This document shows positions 12,227 through 23,518 of a DNA stretch of 64,000 nucleotides, piece by piece. The position numbers and the translations under genes were made by a program. The notes beneath the pieces were generated by a model. The model made no database searches, was not told the DNA's origin, and saw only the letters and a list, made by a program, of their open reading frames with translations. The stretch lies in the NCBI GenBank assembly GCA_032718475.1, contig JAUCBJ010000757.1, positions 37,310-101,309 on the forward strand, written 5' to 3'. Source of the DNA: Nemertoderma westbladi. Lineage: Eukaryota; Animalia; Xenacoelomorpha. The stretch's first letter is position 1. Each line of letters begins with the position of its first letter.

Positions 12227-15200
12227 ATGTCTGATACTAAGCAGAACCTGTCAGACAGTTTATTAGATGTAACTATCTGCGACTCAGATAGAGACGTACA
12301 ACCGTCTGGTCGTAAATCCAGTTCACCTCCCACTGTGAGGAAGGTCATCCCTCCAGTAGTAATAACAGAACCTAGGCTGGTCCAACATCGTAGGTCTATC
12401 ATAGGCACCCGAGCTCAGGTCAAGCGGGACCAACAAGCGGCGGAACAGCAACAACCCGCTAGTCAAGAACTTATTCCTCAGCGGCCCAGCAGCTCCAGTA
12501 GTGAGGATACTGTAGAGCTGACACCCGAGAGCGGAGCAGAGATGACGGATGCGGTTTATACGGATCCCCTTCTCATCCTTCCTGCAGCCGTGCTCGCTGG
12601 GTTATTGATCGCGGTGGAAGAACACCAGATCGATTGGGCGAGAAGTCAACGGTCAACTAGAGATAGCTACGCGGGATACACTAGTGAAGAACTGAAGTCT
12701 ATTGTCGAGTCGCAATGGAACTTCCCCGGTCCTGGACTCCCGTTTGATTTATCAGAAGCTGCCTGGGAAGACATACACCGGATGGGAGTAGCCAAGGAAA
12801 CCATCGATCCAGCTGTGTGGAAGAGGTCCGCAGCCGGATACGCACAGGGATTCTTCAGCTCTATGGAGCGAGTAGAGAGACAACTGTTTCAACAACCTCA
12901 AGGACCTCAAGAGCAGGGATCGCTGCTTTATCAAGTTAGAGAAAGAGTTTTGCGGATTAGGCTAATCTTATCCGCCTTTGAAGAGGCTTCTAAAAGAAGA
13001 CAAGACACGTCGTTGCAAGTTGCCGTGAAGACTTGGTTTCAACGGGTGAGTCGCCAGGTTCAAGGAGCAGCTCAGTGGAAAGCTCAGTTGGAGGAGCGCT
13101 CAACCCATGGAGAATCAACAGACGCTACTTTTTCCCAAGTAGAAAGTGAAGCGACGGCAGAGAAACCGCATAAGAGGGATGCCATTGACATCTATCTGTC
13201 AGACTATCAACGTTTTTTAGGTGATGACGAGTTGAGGAGAAGGTTAGAGGGACTTAGCCCTAATAGTGAAGGAACCAAGCTTGTGTTGGATGCCATCGAT
13301 GTGGAAATGAGGGCTGCAAACCAGGCTAAATTCGATGAACAACTCCGCATCGTTAGAGAACAAGAAGAACAAGTAAGGAAAAAACGTATAGAAGACAGAA
13401 AGGCCGCAGCAAAAGCAGAGGCAGAGGCAAAAGCGGCAGCAGCAGAAGCAGCGGCAGAAGCAAAAGCGGCAGTAGCAAAGGCAGAGGCAGAGGCAAAAGC
13501 AGCAGAAGCAAAAGCGGCAGTAGCAAAGGCAGAGGCAGAGGCAAAAGCAGCAGAAGCAGCGGCAGAGGTAAAAGCGGCAGCGGCAGAGGCAAAAGCGGCA
13601 GCAGCAGAAGCAGAACGGAGAGCGGCTGAAGAGATCGCCCAACTGGAGTTGGAAACGCTTCAAGAGAAGCAAGACGACTTCAGTAAACAGTTAACAGCTA
13701 GTAATATGCAGATGATGAATCGATCTACTCCCAAAAGACAGGGATATACATCATCTGAAGAAGGCGATACCACCGATACTGAAGGCAAAGGAAATAGATC
13801 TCGTCAAAGCAGACGTAAAAGAACATTCCACCGGCAGAAATTGCCTGATTTGCCTCCAGCTGTTAGAAGGCAACTAAATAACACCAAAGTAGGTAGTACA
13901 GAGCCCACAGACCAAATAATTAAAATAGAAAGACTCCCTACTATAGTAGATGAGCCTGAAATAATTAGGCCTGTTCTTGAAATCACCCCTTCGGTGATAG
14001 ACGCACATGTGCTCCCTGAAACTACCTCTAAATTCCCTCTGCATAGCACTAAGCTACCTGTGCCCCGCAGAACTGCCCAAGAGACAGTTCAGGTCCTGGA
14101 CCCCGAGCGAAATATTCACAATTTGTCGCCCGTTGTCCCTCGTCCGCCCGCTACAACGTTGGCGACTCCCGCTTCGGCGGTCGAATGGGTGGACGAGAGA
14201 CGGCGGGGGATGGATATCCTGCTCGGGCAGATGCAGGAGACTGTCCAGCAATTCAAGGGCACAGTAAGGGAAAGTAGGCTAGAGTTGCAAGAAGTGCAGC
14301 AAAGTATCGCGCTTGAACGCGATAAATTAGTAAACACCCAAAAGGGTATACCACCACCCTCTGTAACAATGTGTCAACCTGTTAGGTCTGAAGTATTGCA
14401 TGCGCAAGGTGTGGAGCCTACACGCATATATACTGCTAGCGAAGTAGAAACTCCTATAGTGAACCCTATTAAGGGTAATTATAGACCTGTTGATAATGAT
14501 ATTCCCTATAGAACTGATCATAATCCGAGAAATTTATATACCGATAACTCGATATTAAATAGCACAATGGCCCAAGAAAGTTTTACGCGTCAAATGGCTA
14601 GAACCGAAGCCCGGCAAGCGGTAAAGGTTGGAGAGATCGTCAAGTTCAATGGAGATGAGATGAAATGGTTACCTTTTAATGAATATTACAAAGATAACAT
14701 ACAGAACTCTGTACTATCTAATGGAGAAAAACTTAGATACCTCATCGAGTGCTTGGAAGGATCTCCCAAGTTAATGGCGTTAAAGTTTATTGGACATCCA
14801 GACGGATTAAGACAAGTTTGGGATACACTAAACATCAGGTATGGTAATAGGAATAATATCGCTGGGTACTTGTATGCAAAGTTAGTAGCGCCCCGAAAGT
14901 TTATTAGTAGCGGAATTATCGAGTTTTCCGATGAGATCCAGGAGATCTGCAGACAATTAGATTGGCTAGGTAAGTCTCATGAGTATCAGAACACTATGGT
15001 TATTAGAGCAGTGGCTTCTACTTTACCGAAGGGTGGAGTAGGTACACGCTGGGATAAGAAAGTGTTATATATGATGGAACAACAACGACGAGACCCTACC
15101 ATGGCTGATCTCATGTCATTCTTAGATGGAGAAGTGAAATTACAGCTCCTAAGGCAGTCCAGAGAGAAGACATTGGAAAACAAGGTAAGTGAGAAACCCG

Positions 15201-17218
15201 TTTCTAGGAGAAGGGTAACACCAGTATGTTATACCGACGACGGTGAAAGCCAAACTTCTCAAGGAGAGGACAGCGGGAAAGACACTGACAGATCTTATTA
15301 TGTCAATAAAATGCCTAAAGATCAGGTAAGTAAATCCAAGTCTCGACCCAATGACAGAAGGGAACCGGTACAAAAAACCCCTCCTACGTCTCCTAAAAGA
15401 ATTCAGGTGAGAAAGCCCGAGGAAAGAACAAGTGTGCACCACATAGCACAGGTTAAAGTAAGTAACATCAAGCCGAAATGTGTGCTGTGCGACGGGCCCC
15501 ACCGTTTAAATGCGTGTGATAAATTCCTGAGGAAATCACTAAAGGATAGACGTGAAGTCATGTGGGATAAGCGGTTGTGTTATAATTGCCTCAGACGAGG
15601 ACACCAACGGCGAACCTGTAACTCCGACGCAAGGTGTGCAAAGTGCGGCGCAAAACATCATATCTTGTTGCACACGGAATTCGAACGAAACAGCCCGAGT
15701 CAGGTAAGTGAGTCCGAACTACATGTCCAATTCAGTGATGTGAACGACACTGATCAATCTGAGATGGAAGGATTCTATACGGACGAGTTCTCCGACCAAA
15801 ACGAATCCTGTTACCTAATAAACACCACCGCAGTGTATCGAGCACTCGTGTATGAGAAAGACACAGACAGCGACCTTACCTTAACTACTTCCGATCAACA
15901 ACCATCTTGGAAAGCGCCAACTTCCAATATAGGAATCCGAGAATTTCCTGTAGTCCAGTTACGGGTCCACGGACCTCAGAAGAGCTATATAGTGAACGCC
16001 CTCCTGGACTCCGGTAGCACAGGAACATTCATCGATAAAGAACTAGCCGAAGTCATCTTTGCTGGACAACCCAAGTTCCGAACCAAGCTAAACATGTCAG
16101 GGATCATGCAGGTTTGGAATTCTACTGTAGCTGCCGACTATTATATAGGTGAGTTGTCCACCCCCCAGGACGAACTAGGAGAACATAGCATCAGGTCAGT
16201 GAAAATGGTGGCTATAAAGAACTTCGCTACTACTCAAGCAGACCTTTATAATTGGGACGAGGATGAGAGCATCCAACATCTTAACATACCTCGATTCCAG
16301 ACTGATTATCCTGGAGTGCAAATACTCATCGGCCAAAACGCGCATGAGGCGCTGGAGACATTAGAGAAACGGCCTGCTCAACCGCAGCCACTACAGACCT
16401 ATGCGGTAAGAACTAGAGTAGGTTGGTACCTTACTGGACCTTCCCGTAGAACGCTCAGGGAAAGACTGCTTCAAGATCGCGTCTGCCAGGTGAGTGAATG
16501 GGAAGATGATACTAGTGAGGGAGACGACCCAACTGAGGGAACACCACACTCCTCAGATAATGACAATCTTAGCTCCAATGTAGATCAATGGAGATATTGC
16601 CCCAAGAAGTTTAATCCAACGGACATCGCTTCCAGAGGAGCAACTCCTCAAGAACTGACAGATACTATAGACCGGTTAGGTGAACCCGACTTCCTGAGTA
16701 AGGAGAATGAATGGCCTCCCCATCTTACTCCGACTGAGATTAGACCAGCCAAGGGAGCGGAGAAAGTCGAACCTGAAACCCGGACGGGTGGATCGGAGTT
16801 ATTTGAACCCGGGATAGATCTGTCGGTATTACATGTTGCCAGGGACGACGCCGTGGATCTGGGCCTCCCCACCGCGAGTGGATCCTTCATGAAGATCAGA
16901 GAGAGCGATTGGAGCTCTGGAACATCAGACGTCTCGCAGGGACTCTCACCTCTCCTGCAGAGAGCGACGGACCACTATAGCTCCTGGAATCGGCTTTGTG
17001 ACGCCGTCATATACTTTGAGCGATGTTTCTATCGTCACTATTCCAGGACGAAGAGGAAACCTGGAATTGTATTCAGGATGCAGCGACTCAATCACCCAGT
17101 CGGTCGTTTGTGTTTATCGGAAGGGAATGGAGGACTCTCCGGAAACTGTGGAAGGCAAGATTCTCTTCCCACGACCACCTCCCTAATCCTTCAAACATCT
17201 AGGGACTCCATAACGTAA
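12227..17218 (+). CDS. BEL/Pao Gag-protease polyprotein (1663 aa) with in-frame loss of RT/most RNase H and no integrase
   Basis: DUF1759-like Gag (FNGDEMKWLPF...LSNGEKLRYL); three BEL-type Cys/His knuckles (CVLCDGPHRLNAC, CYNCLRRGHQRRTC, CAKCGAKHHILLH); aspartic protease ALLDSGS; YAVRTRVGWYLTGP; then RNase H tail QWRYCPKKFNPTDIASRG. Confidence 0.92.
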   Translation: MSDTKQNLSDSLLDVTICDSDRDVQPSGRKSSSPPTVRKVIPPVVITEPRLVQHRRSIIGTRAQVKRDQQAAEQQQPASQELIPQRPSSSSSEDTVELTPESGAEMTDAVYTDPLLILPAAVLAGLLIAVEEHQIDWARSQRSTRDSYAGYTSEELKSIVESQWNFPGPGLPFDLSEAAWEDIHRMGVAKETIDPAVWKRSAAGYAQGFFSSMERVERQLFQQPQGPQEQGSLLYQVRERVLRIRLILSAFEEASKRRQDTSLQVAVKTWFQRVSRQVQGAAQWKAQLEERSTHGESTDATFSQVESEATAEKPHKRDAIDIYLSDYQRFLGDDELRRRLEGLSPNSEGTKLVLDAIDVEMRAANQAKFDEQLRIVREQEEQVRKKRIEDRKAAAKAEAEAKAAAAEAAAEAKAAVAKAEAEAKAAEAKAAVAKAEAEAKAAEAAAEVKAAAAEAKAAAAEAERRAAEEIAQLELETLQEKQDDFSKQLTASNMQMMNRSTPKRQGYTSSEEGDTTDTEGKGNRSRQSRRKRTFHRQKLPDLPPAVRRQLNNTKVGSTEPTDQIIKIERLPTIVDEPEIIRPVLEITPSVIDAHVLPETTSKFPLHSTKLPVPRRTAQETVQVLDPERNIHNLSPVVPRPPATTLATPASAVEWVDERRRGMDILLGQMQETVQQFKGTVRESRLELQEVQQSIALERDKLVNTQKGIPPPSVTMCQPVRSEVLHAQGVEPTRIYTASEVETPIVNPIKGNYRPVDNDIPYRTDHNPRNLYTDNSILNSTMAQESFTRQMARTEARQAVKVGEIVKFNGDEMKWLPFNEYYKDNIQNSVLSNGEKLRYLIECLEGSPKLMALKFIGHPDGLRQVWDTLNIRYGNRNNIAGYLYAKLVAPRKFISSGIIEFSDEIQEICRQLDWLGKSHEYQNTMVIRAVASTLPKGGVGTRWDKKVLYMMEQQRRDPTMADLMSFLDGEVKLQLLRQSREKTLENKVSEKPVSRRRVTPVCYTDDGESQTSQGEDSGKDTDRSYYVNKMPKDQVSKSKSRPNDRREPVQKTPPTSPKRIQVRKPEERTSVHHIAQVKVSNIKPKCVLCDGPHRLNACDKFLRKSLKDRREVMWDKRLCYNCLRRGHQRRTCNSDARCAKCGAKHHILLHTEFERNSPSQVSESELHVQFSDVNDTDQSEMEGFYTDEFSDQNESCYLINTTAVYRALVYEKDTDSDLTLTTSDQQPSWKAPTSNIGIREFPVVQLRVHGPQKSYIVNALLDSGSTGTFIDKELAEVIFAGQPKFRTKLNMSGIMQVWNSTVAADYYIGELSTPQDELGEHSIRSVKMVAIKNFATTQADLYNWDEDESIQHLNIPRFQTDYPGVQILIGQNAHEALETLEKRPAQPQPLQTYAVRTRVGWYLTGPSRRTLRERLLQDRVCQVSEWEDDTSEGDDPTEGTPHSSDNDNLSSNVDQWRYCPKKFNPTDIASRGATPQELTDTIDRLGEPDFLSKENEWPPHLTPTEIRPAKGAEKVEPETRTGGSELFEPGIDLSVLHVARDDAVDLGLPTASGSFMKIRESDWSSGTSDVSQGLSPLLQRATDHYSSWNRLCDAVIYFERCFYRHYSRTKRKPGIVFRMQRLNHPVGRLCLSEGNGGLSGNCGRQDSLPTTTSLILQTSRDSIT

Positions 17219-20200
17219 CAACATATGGAGTGGGTGTGTGACTCTATTATTTTATATTATTTTATTATTTTTATATTTATGTATGTATTACTATGTAATT
17301 TTATTATAATCGTTTTCTTTAATTTTATTCAGTAGAATGTTATTTTAGCGATTATTTAGTAGATTAGTGCAATATATATTCGCGTTTATTACTTAATTAC
17401 GTATATATTATATTTAATGCGACGGCAAGAAATAATTCTTTTTCTCTTTCCTTACTGTCCGTATTATATTATAAATACGTAACTACAGTAAGATGAAATG
17501 TCCGTACTTATTAAAGTACAATAAAGCCACTACTATATTTAAGTATTATTGGTAGGCAGAGTATTAGGAATGCAAAGTTCAGATCCTCGTGTCTCGGCTA
17601 AACCAAGCTCTGGGTAGACCTTGGAAACGACTTGCCTCTTCACACTGACATTGCTTCGTGCGATATTGCTCTCATACCGTATATTAAATAATACATATAG
17701 TAGCGTGATGTCCCTTTAACAGTAGCGTATAACGCAAAATAAATCTGTTAAACCCTTTGACCATCTGTAATTCTAGTCGATTAAGATATCGCGGCACCCA
17801 CCGATATACTTGAAAGACAAATTCTAGAATCAGTGGTTAACGTCCCCAGACAAGTTCTGGAATAAATCGGTGCCCATCTCAAATATTAATTATTTAATAT
17901 TTGCAAATCTAATAAGTCAAAATCTGTAAAATTCAGATCCTTCAACAATTCTAGTCAATTAAGATATCGTAGCATTTACCGATATTCTTAAAGAGACAAT
18001 TTTCTTAGAATTAAGGATCTTGTGTCCCTAGACATGTTCTAGAATCAAAATATGTCCATTTAATTATCAAATAATAAAATTTCAGGGAATAAATTTAAAT
18101 TCATGCCTTTTAATGAATTTAATAAATTGCCATTTTACGCAATTTATAAAGTTCCCAAAATTCCATTAATTAATAGATCAAGGGAGCGGAGATTTATATT
18201 ATTATGCGTATGCGTGTACGAAAGTCTCCCAAACATAGTTAATAGCCGATAAAATTCTTAAAGTCATGTATAAACAGGACATTGACTATTAAAGAATTCC
18301 TATTAAATAACATCCCAGATCTGTATGCATTGGAATTACTCTAATTCTACCGCTAGCTTTGCATAATGTCACCATAGCAACAACCACGCTAGAATTAGAA
18401 TTGAGTTAAAAGAACAATAGAAAGCTTGTCCCATTGAATAGCATAGGGAATAAATAGCGCACTGCTAGTATCCAAGGATACATAATAATACAGTGACATT
18501 CTGGAAGGCATTGACTAACGGACAAATGGCCCGAATGTGTGTAATTTGTGATAAGTTGTGTGTGTGGTATTTGTGAGTTTATAGGTGAATGTTACTGCTA
18601 AGGTGTGTTTACAGTAGCTAGTCGCAATCGTAAAAGTAACCTAACTCTCCAAGGAAACCTGAAGTACATCTAAGCCTTTGGGACGGACAGTTGAGTGACT
18701 TGTGCCGGTTGTCGTTGTCGTTGTGCGGCTACGTCGTTGGCGAAAGCACAGCGGCGACGACACATCGGCGCTGAGGATCTCGTACTGTCCGGGGGTTGAT
18801 TGGGTAGGCAGCGACGCCCGCTCGCCTAAATATAAACTCATTATAATATGGATAAACTCATATATAGCAGATATGACGGAGTTGATAGAAGATGGTCTTA
18901 GTATCGGGGAGCGATATACTCTACCTTTACAAGCGTTTGTCGATAGCTTGATATGCGGCGACGCTGATCCAACTACTACGGAGGACGGTGGTCGTTATAT
19001 CGAACCGCCAATGTCCCAAGAGCAACTTACGCGTGAATTGGATTATAGAAAGTTCACTGCTCGCTACACGCATCGTAATGGTACGTATATGGACTTCTTG
19101 ACCACTGGTCATCCTATCGATTTACATAATACGGACTATGTCGACTATATATCCTGCCCAGCGGAGTCGGAACCATAAACTGAAATTCGAATGCGAAAAT
19201 TCTATTCGAAATCGACTCGAAAGAAAAGACACTAAGAAACAAATGGACGCGGTAACTCCAACGTATATTTGGAATTCTTGATAGAAGCATTGTAACAACA
19301 AATAAATATCACCCGCGTTTACCCTACCAGACGTGCGTCTTTGGTATTATTACGATAAATGCCCTAGACCCAACTAATAAACGGAAAGACATAAACATCC
19401 ACGTAAACCGAAACTTGTTGACGTATCACCTATGCTCACTCGGCTCGAACGATCCTGGAGTAAACCTACGATCAGAGTCCCGGAATACTCGGTCAAACCT
19501 CCTCATTCCTTAGTTGGACCTCAGACCTGCGATCCTGGTGGTGTCGCGGATCCTCGTGGACTGTATTCACTGTTCAAAGATCTAGTGCTACCCTAACAAT
19601 TAATCGGTAACACTCCGACAGTGATTTCTAGCTAGCCGCCCATCTTACCTAGCCGGATTGTGATGCGGACACCTAATATCACTATCCTACCGTATGGTCG
19701 TCCCCGTTTAACGCGATACAACCCTTCATCAAGGTGAAGGAGAGTTTTGTACGAAACGAGTTAAACGTGATTCTATAAAGATCAAAAAGGAAACCTGCGT
19801 TTGTTCAGATAAACGTAAGTTATAACAGTAAGTCCAATCGATAAACGAATTGGCCTTATCTCGGTTCGATTGGGAAATCTCGAATCTCTAAGAAGATATC
19901 AAGCTTAGAAAACCCTATTCTCTGCGAGAGTTTTGGACGAACATATCCCATGACAAGCGGAGGAAAATCAGCTCGAGGAGAAGCATATCGAAATGGACGA
20001 GACACCGACAGTAAACCCAAACCTTCTAATGCAATCATATTGCACCCTTCACCCAGGAGTTATGGCCCTCCTAGTAAAGTGGTTCCCCCCAAAGAGAAAA
20101 GGACTCTTGCTAGCTTTAAAAAACTGCGTAAACGCCGTCCGCGCGAGAAAGACTAACTGTTTAGAGTATCTTTAGGTTTTAGAAACTGTGATTTTTATAT

Positions 20201-20224
20201 TTTATAGACTGAAAATCCCATTTT

Positions 20225-20234
20225 CTGGGAGCGG
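20225..20234 (+). promoter_or_regulatory. Polypurine-tract-like plus-strand primer site
   Basis: CTGGGAGCGG immediately before the TG of the 3' LTR. Confidence 0.55.
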
Positions 20235-21473
20235 TGTAAAAGCCTTTGCTGAATTGCCCCGTTATTTTTATTATCTTTTACATTAAAATACTCTGTAGTT
20301 GATTTAATAAGTGTAAGAGACCGTATTATTGCTGTATCGGTGTTTTTAGAGGATCTAAGACCTATTTCCTCCGTATGTGTACTGTGAAAGGCATATTTTA
20401 TGATTCTATGGCAATTCGTGACGCAAAGGGGTGATAGCTACTCTTGAACAGTAGTTACTATGACTACGGTTAACAGCTGACATTCATACGTGTTGATTTC
20501 CTTTGTTCTACGGCGTCTCTCAGTTCAGTCAGCCAATTAGAGCGTTTTTGTGGCTCCTTGTACAGAAAATTTCCGAGAAATGACGCAATGCCTATGTGCA
20601 GTGTTTACATTCAGTCCTGAGCCAAAGAAAGAACGGCTTGGAAGTATTTTGTGCTTTACTGTTTTTAGTCTTACACTAGTAGGTTTAATTACAAGGACAT
20701 ATATCCTTTAACTACCTGACTCATGGAATCACCTGCTAACTGATCATACATACTGACTGCTGAAACATTGCAAACTCATAACAATCAGTGTTTTCATTGT
20801 TGTTTTATACTGCTATTTACCGTCAGTTCTTCATAATATGGTTGATGAATAATTATATTTGGAATAACGATAAATAACCCCGAAACCCAATATTCTTGAT
20901 ATACCGAAGGTAAGAGAGAAGGGTTACAGATAAACGATTGTGACTTATGTTAAAGTGGTTTGAAGTGAATCTAATGTTATTTGATAGACCCTACATGAGT
21001 CAGTCTGTGTTCCTTTTATATGTGACTAAAATCAGTGAAGATTGGCAGATTAGTGTGCAGTATTGTGCAGCATTGTGTATGAGTGAGTCTGTTAAAGAAG
21101 CAATTCCTAAAGAATGCGCCATATATGTGAATTATAATTAAGCCATATCGTTGTGAGTAGTTTAAGTCATAACTCTGTTTATATAGATAAAGCGCCACGT
21201 CCTAAAGGAACTGTTAATATTACCGAAGGTGAATAACATTGTCAGAGATTATATAGTACTGTCAGTCGAATAATACATTAGGCTTACATAGCAATAAAAT
21301 TAAACCGTCGAACCCAATCTCCCGGGAATATCCAGCGGGTGAATGATCGCGCACAGATTGGTTTCGACTAGTGTAGTGAATCAAATACTTGTCATAGACT
21401 AAAAACAGATTTAATATCTAGAAGACATCTTAATTTGGTGGGTTAAACTGCCAAAGGTCTGAAAGCGCGAACA
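20235..21473 (+). repeat. 3' LTR (1239 bp)
   Basis: Matches 8779-10016; first 457 bp identical, remainder divergent. Confidence 0.95.
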
Positions 21474-22126
21474 TACTGGTACGCCTACCATTATCGGTGC
21501 CAGCTCCGGTACAGGTACAGGTAGTGGTTCAGATGGGGTTTGTTGCGTGACATTCAAATCCCCACAAGTAGAAGCAGATTCGCTTGCAGGAGCAGTACTA
21601 CTACCGCTGGTAGTGTCGGATGCTGCTCTTGTCCGCTGACGCAATGGATAGGTTTTTCTAACGGCATCCATGGTGAAATCCTCTTACTGATACCGGTACC
21701 TAATATCTTTCACCTTTACAGTAGGTATCTGTGTCGTGTGTACCGGTACTGATCTTGTCACAAAATCACAAACCCTAGTGAAACCCCACTGCCGTAGTCT
21801 ACCATTATTTTGGCCAGGTTAGTGGTGTGTAGGGCAGTACTGCAGTCCACATTGCCTGAATGAATATTATAAATTACCTATTTAAAATTACCACTCTCGA
21901 AAATATTTTAAACTACGTTACTAAAAACAATTTATTGATTGGTGGACTATTGCTGGTATTAGGGCGGGTCGGATCCTAACGGATCAGAGCGGATCCGATC
22001 GGATAGAAACCCACAAAATATACTAAGCTACCAAGGCGAGTCTGGGATACTTACTACGGTATAGCAGACTGAGCCTACCTGCAATAAACTTAATTTCACT
22101 TACCTACCACTTCACTAATACTGTGC

Positions 22127-22360
22127 GTAACACTATCTAGCCATAGCGGTCATTTTTGACCCCTATGGGGCTTTTCGGATATTTCAATTTTTTGAGAGAA
22201 CGAAATGAAATTTTTTATTTTCTTTTTCATTTTTGATTACCTAAGGATAAACCCGGAAAAGTCAAGAAATTTCATATTTATACAATACATAGCAGCAGAG
22301 ATAATTCGATTTGAATTTGCAAAACGGTCAAAAATGACCGCTTGGGGCTTCTAGTGTTAA
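22127..22360. mobile_element. MITE with imperfect terminal inverted repeats
   Basis: taacacta...gcggtcatttttgacc / ggtcaaaaatgaccgc...tagtgttaa. Confidence 0.65.
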
Positions 22361-23179
22361 AGGTGTTATAGTATAAAATGTATTATACCTATTGTGTTAT
22401 TAATTGCCTTGCTCGCCCCGCCGGCACTACAAGCCCATCATCATCAACATTAATAAAAAGTAAACAAAAACTAAACTAAAATAAATAAATACACAGAAAA
22501 TAAATATATTTTAAATAAATTCATAACTCTGTAAAAAGAACAAAAAATGTAGTACAAGGAACAATATGACTATTAATAAAGCTGTAGCGATATTTCTCGA
22601 TTAAACTTTGTTCGGAGCATTGGATGTCAGCGGCGCAGGTGGTTATGTATGTGAAGGCCTATAGTATATAACAAGAGTCACTGCTACAGCAGGAACTTAA
22701 TTCTCAATCTAACAGCTGCACAGAGATCTAACTACTATATTTTACTGCCATTGGCATTTTCTGTTAGAAACTAGTGATAGATTGGGTACCAGAATTATAT
22801 TTGGCGAATAAAAATAACGGATTGGTAGGTGACGCGACGGTGCGGTGGGGACGGTGACCAGTATATTTGGCCAATAGAAATTATTGATTGGTTGGTTAGC
22901 AGTGTATCTGTCAATATCAAAGACAAGCCAAACCATATTGAACAATATGTCGCATACGCGATATTTGAGATTTGTCGAATTTTTAAATTAACTTTGAGAA
23001 TTCACGATGAGCCTCATGGTCTACCAAGGGTCTATCAAGGGAAAGGAGCAGTGTACAATGCTGAGTACGTACCAACCAAAACAACAAATTACTTGATTAA
23101 CCCATTAACCACGTGAATGAAAGTTGGACGCGGGCGAAGATTGCACCCAACCAGTGAGTGAGACTGGCTGCCTCCTATT

Positions 23180-23518
23180 ACACGTTCGTGGGACCTTCGC
23201 GCAGCACGAAGTGAGCAAAGCCTTTAGCATATGGGCACCATTAAAGAGTTGGGGGTTGTCTGCCGTTAGTCAGAAGTCTTCAACACAATACTGATCGTCT
23301 TTCTCTTGTGCCTCGTTGCGTTCGTTCGTTTTTGAACAAACTTCAGATTCTTTCTAAACTTTTGACGGACTACATACGTACCAAGTTTCGTTTAATTTCA
23401 TCGAGGAATAATCGAGTTATTAGCGATCAAAATTTTACGACGACAGACGACGACGACAGACAACTCGCCAATGGCACCCATATGCTAAGGCTTCGCTCAC
23501 TTCGTGGCTCGCCCCACA
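23180..23518 (-). mobile_element. Helentron/DINE-like non-autonomous element, family A
   Basis: Sub-terminal inverted repeats cacgaagtgagc...tagcatatggg / cccatatgctaaggc...cacttcgtg, (GAC)n microsatellite, same termini as the 27174 and 62848 copies. Confidence 0.7.

Larger units (their letters stand above)
8779..21473 (+). mobile_element. Non-autonomous BEL/Pao LTR retrotransposon (Gag-PR only)
   Basis: Two ~1.24-kb LTRs with TG...CA ends, purine-rich tract before the 3' LTR, BEL-type Gag/protease ORF; no RT YxDD or integrase motifs; no target-site duplication (caggg vs tactg). Confidence 0.93.
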
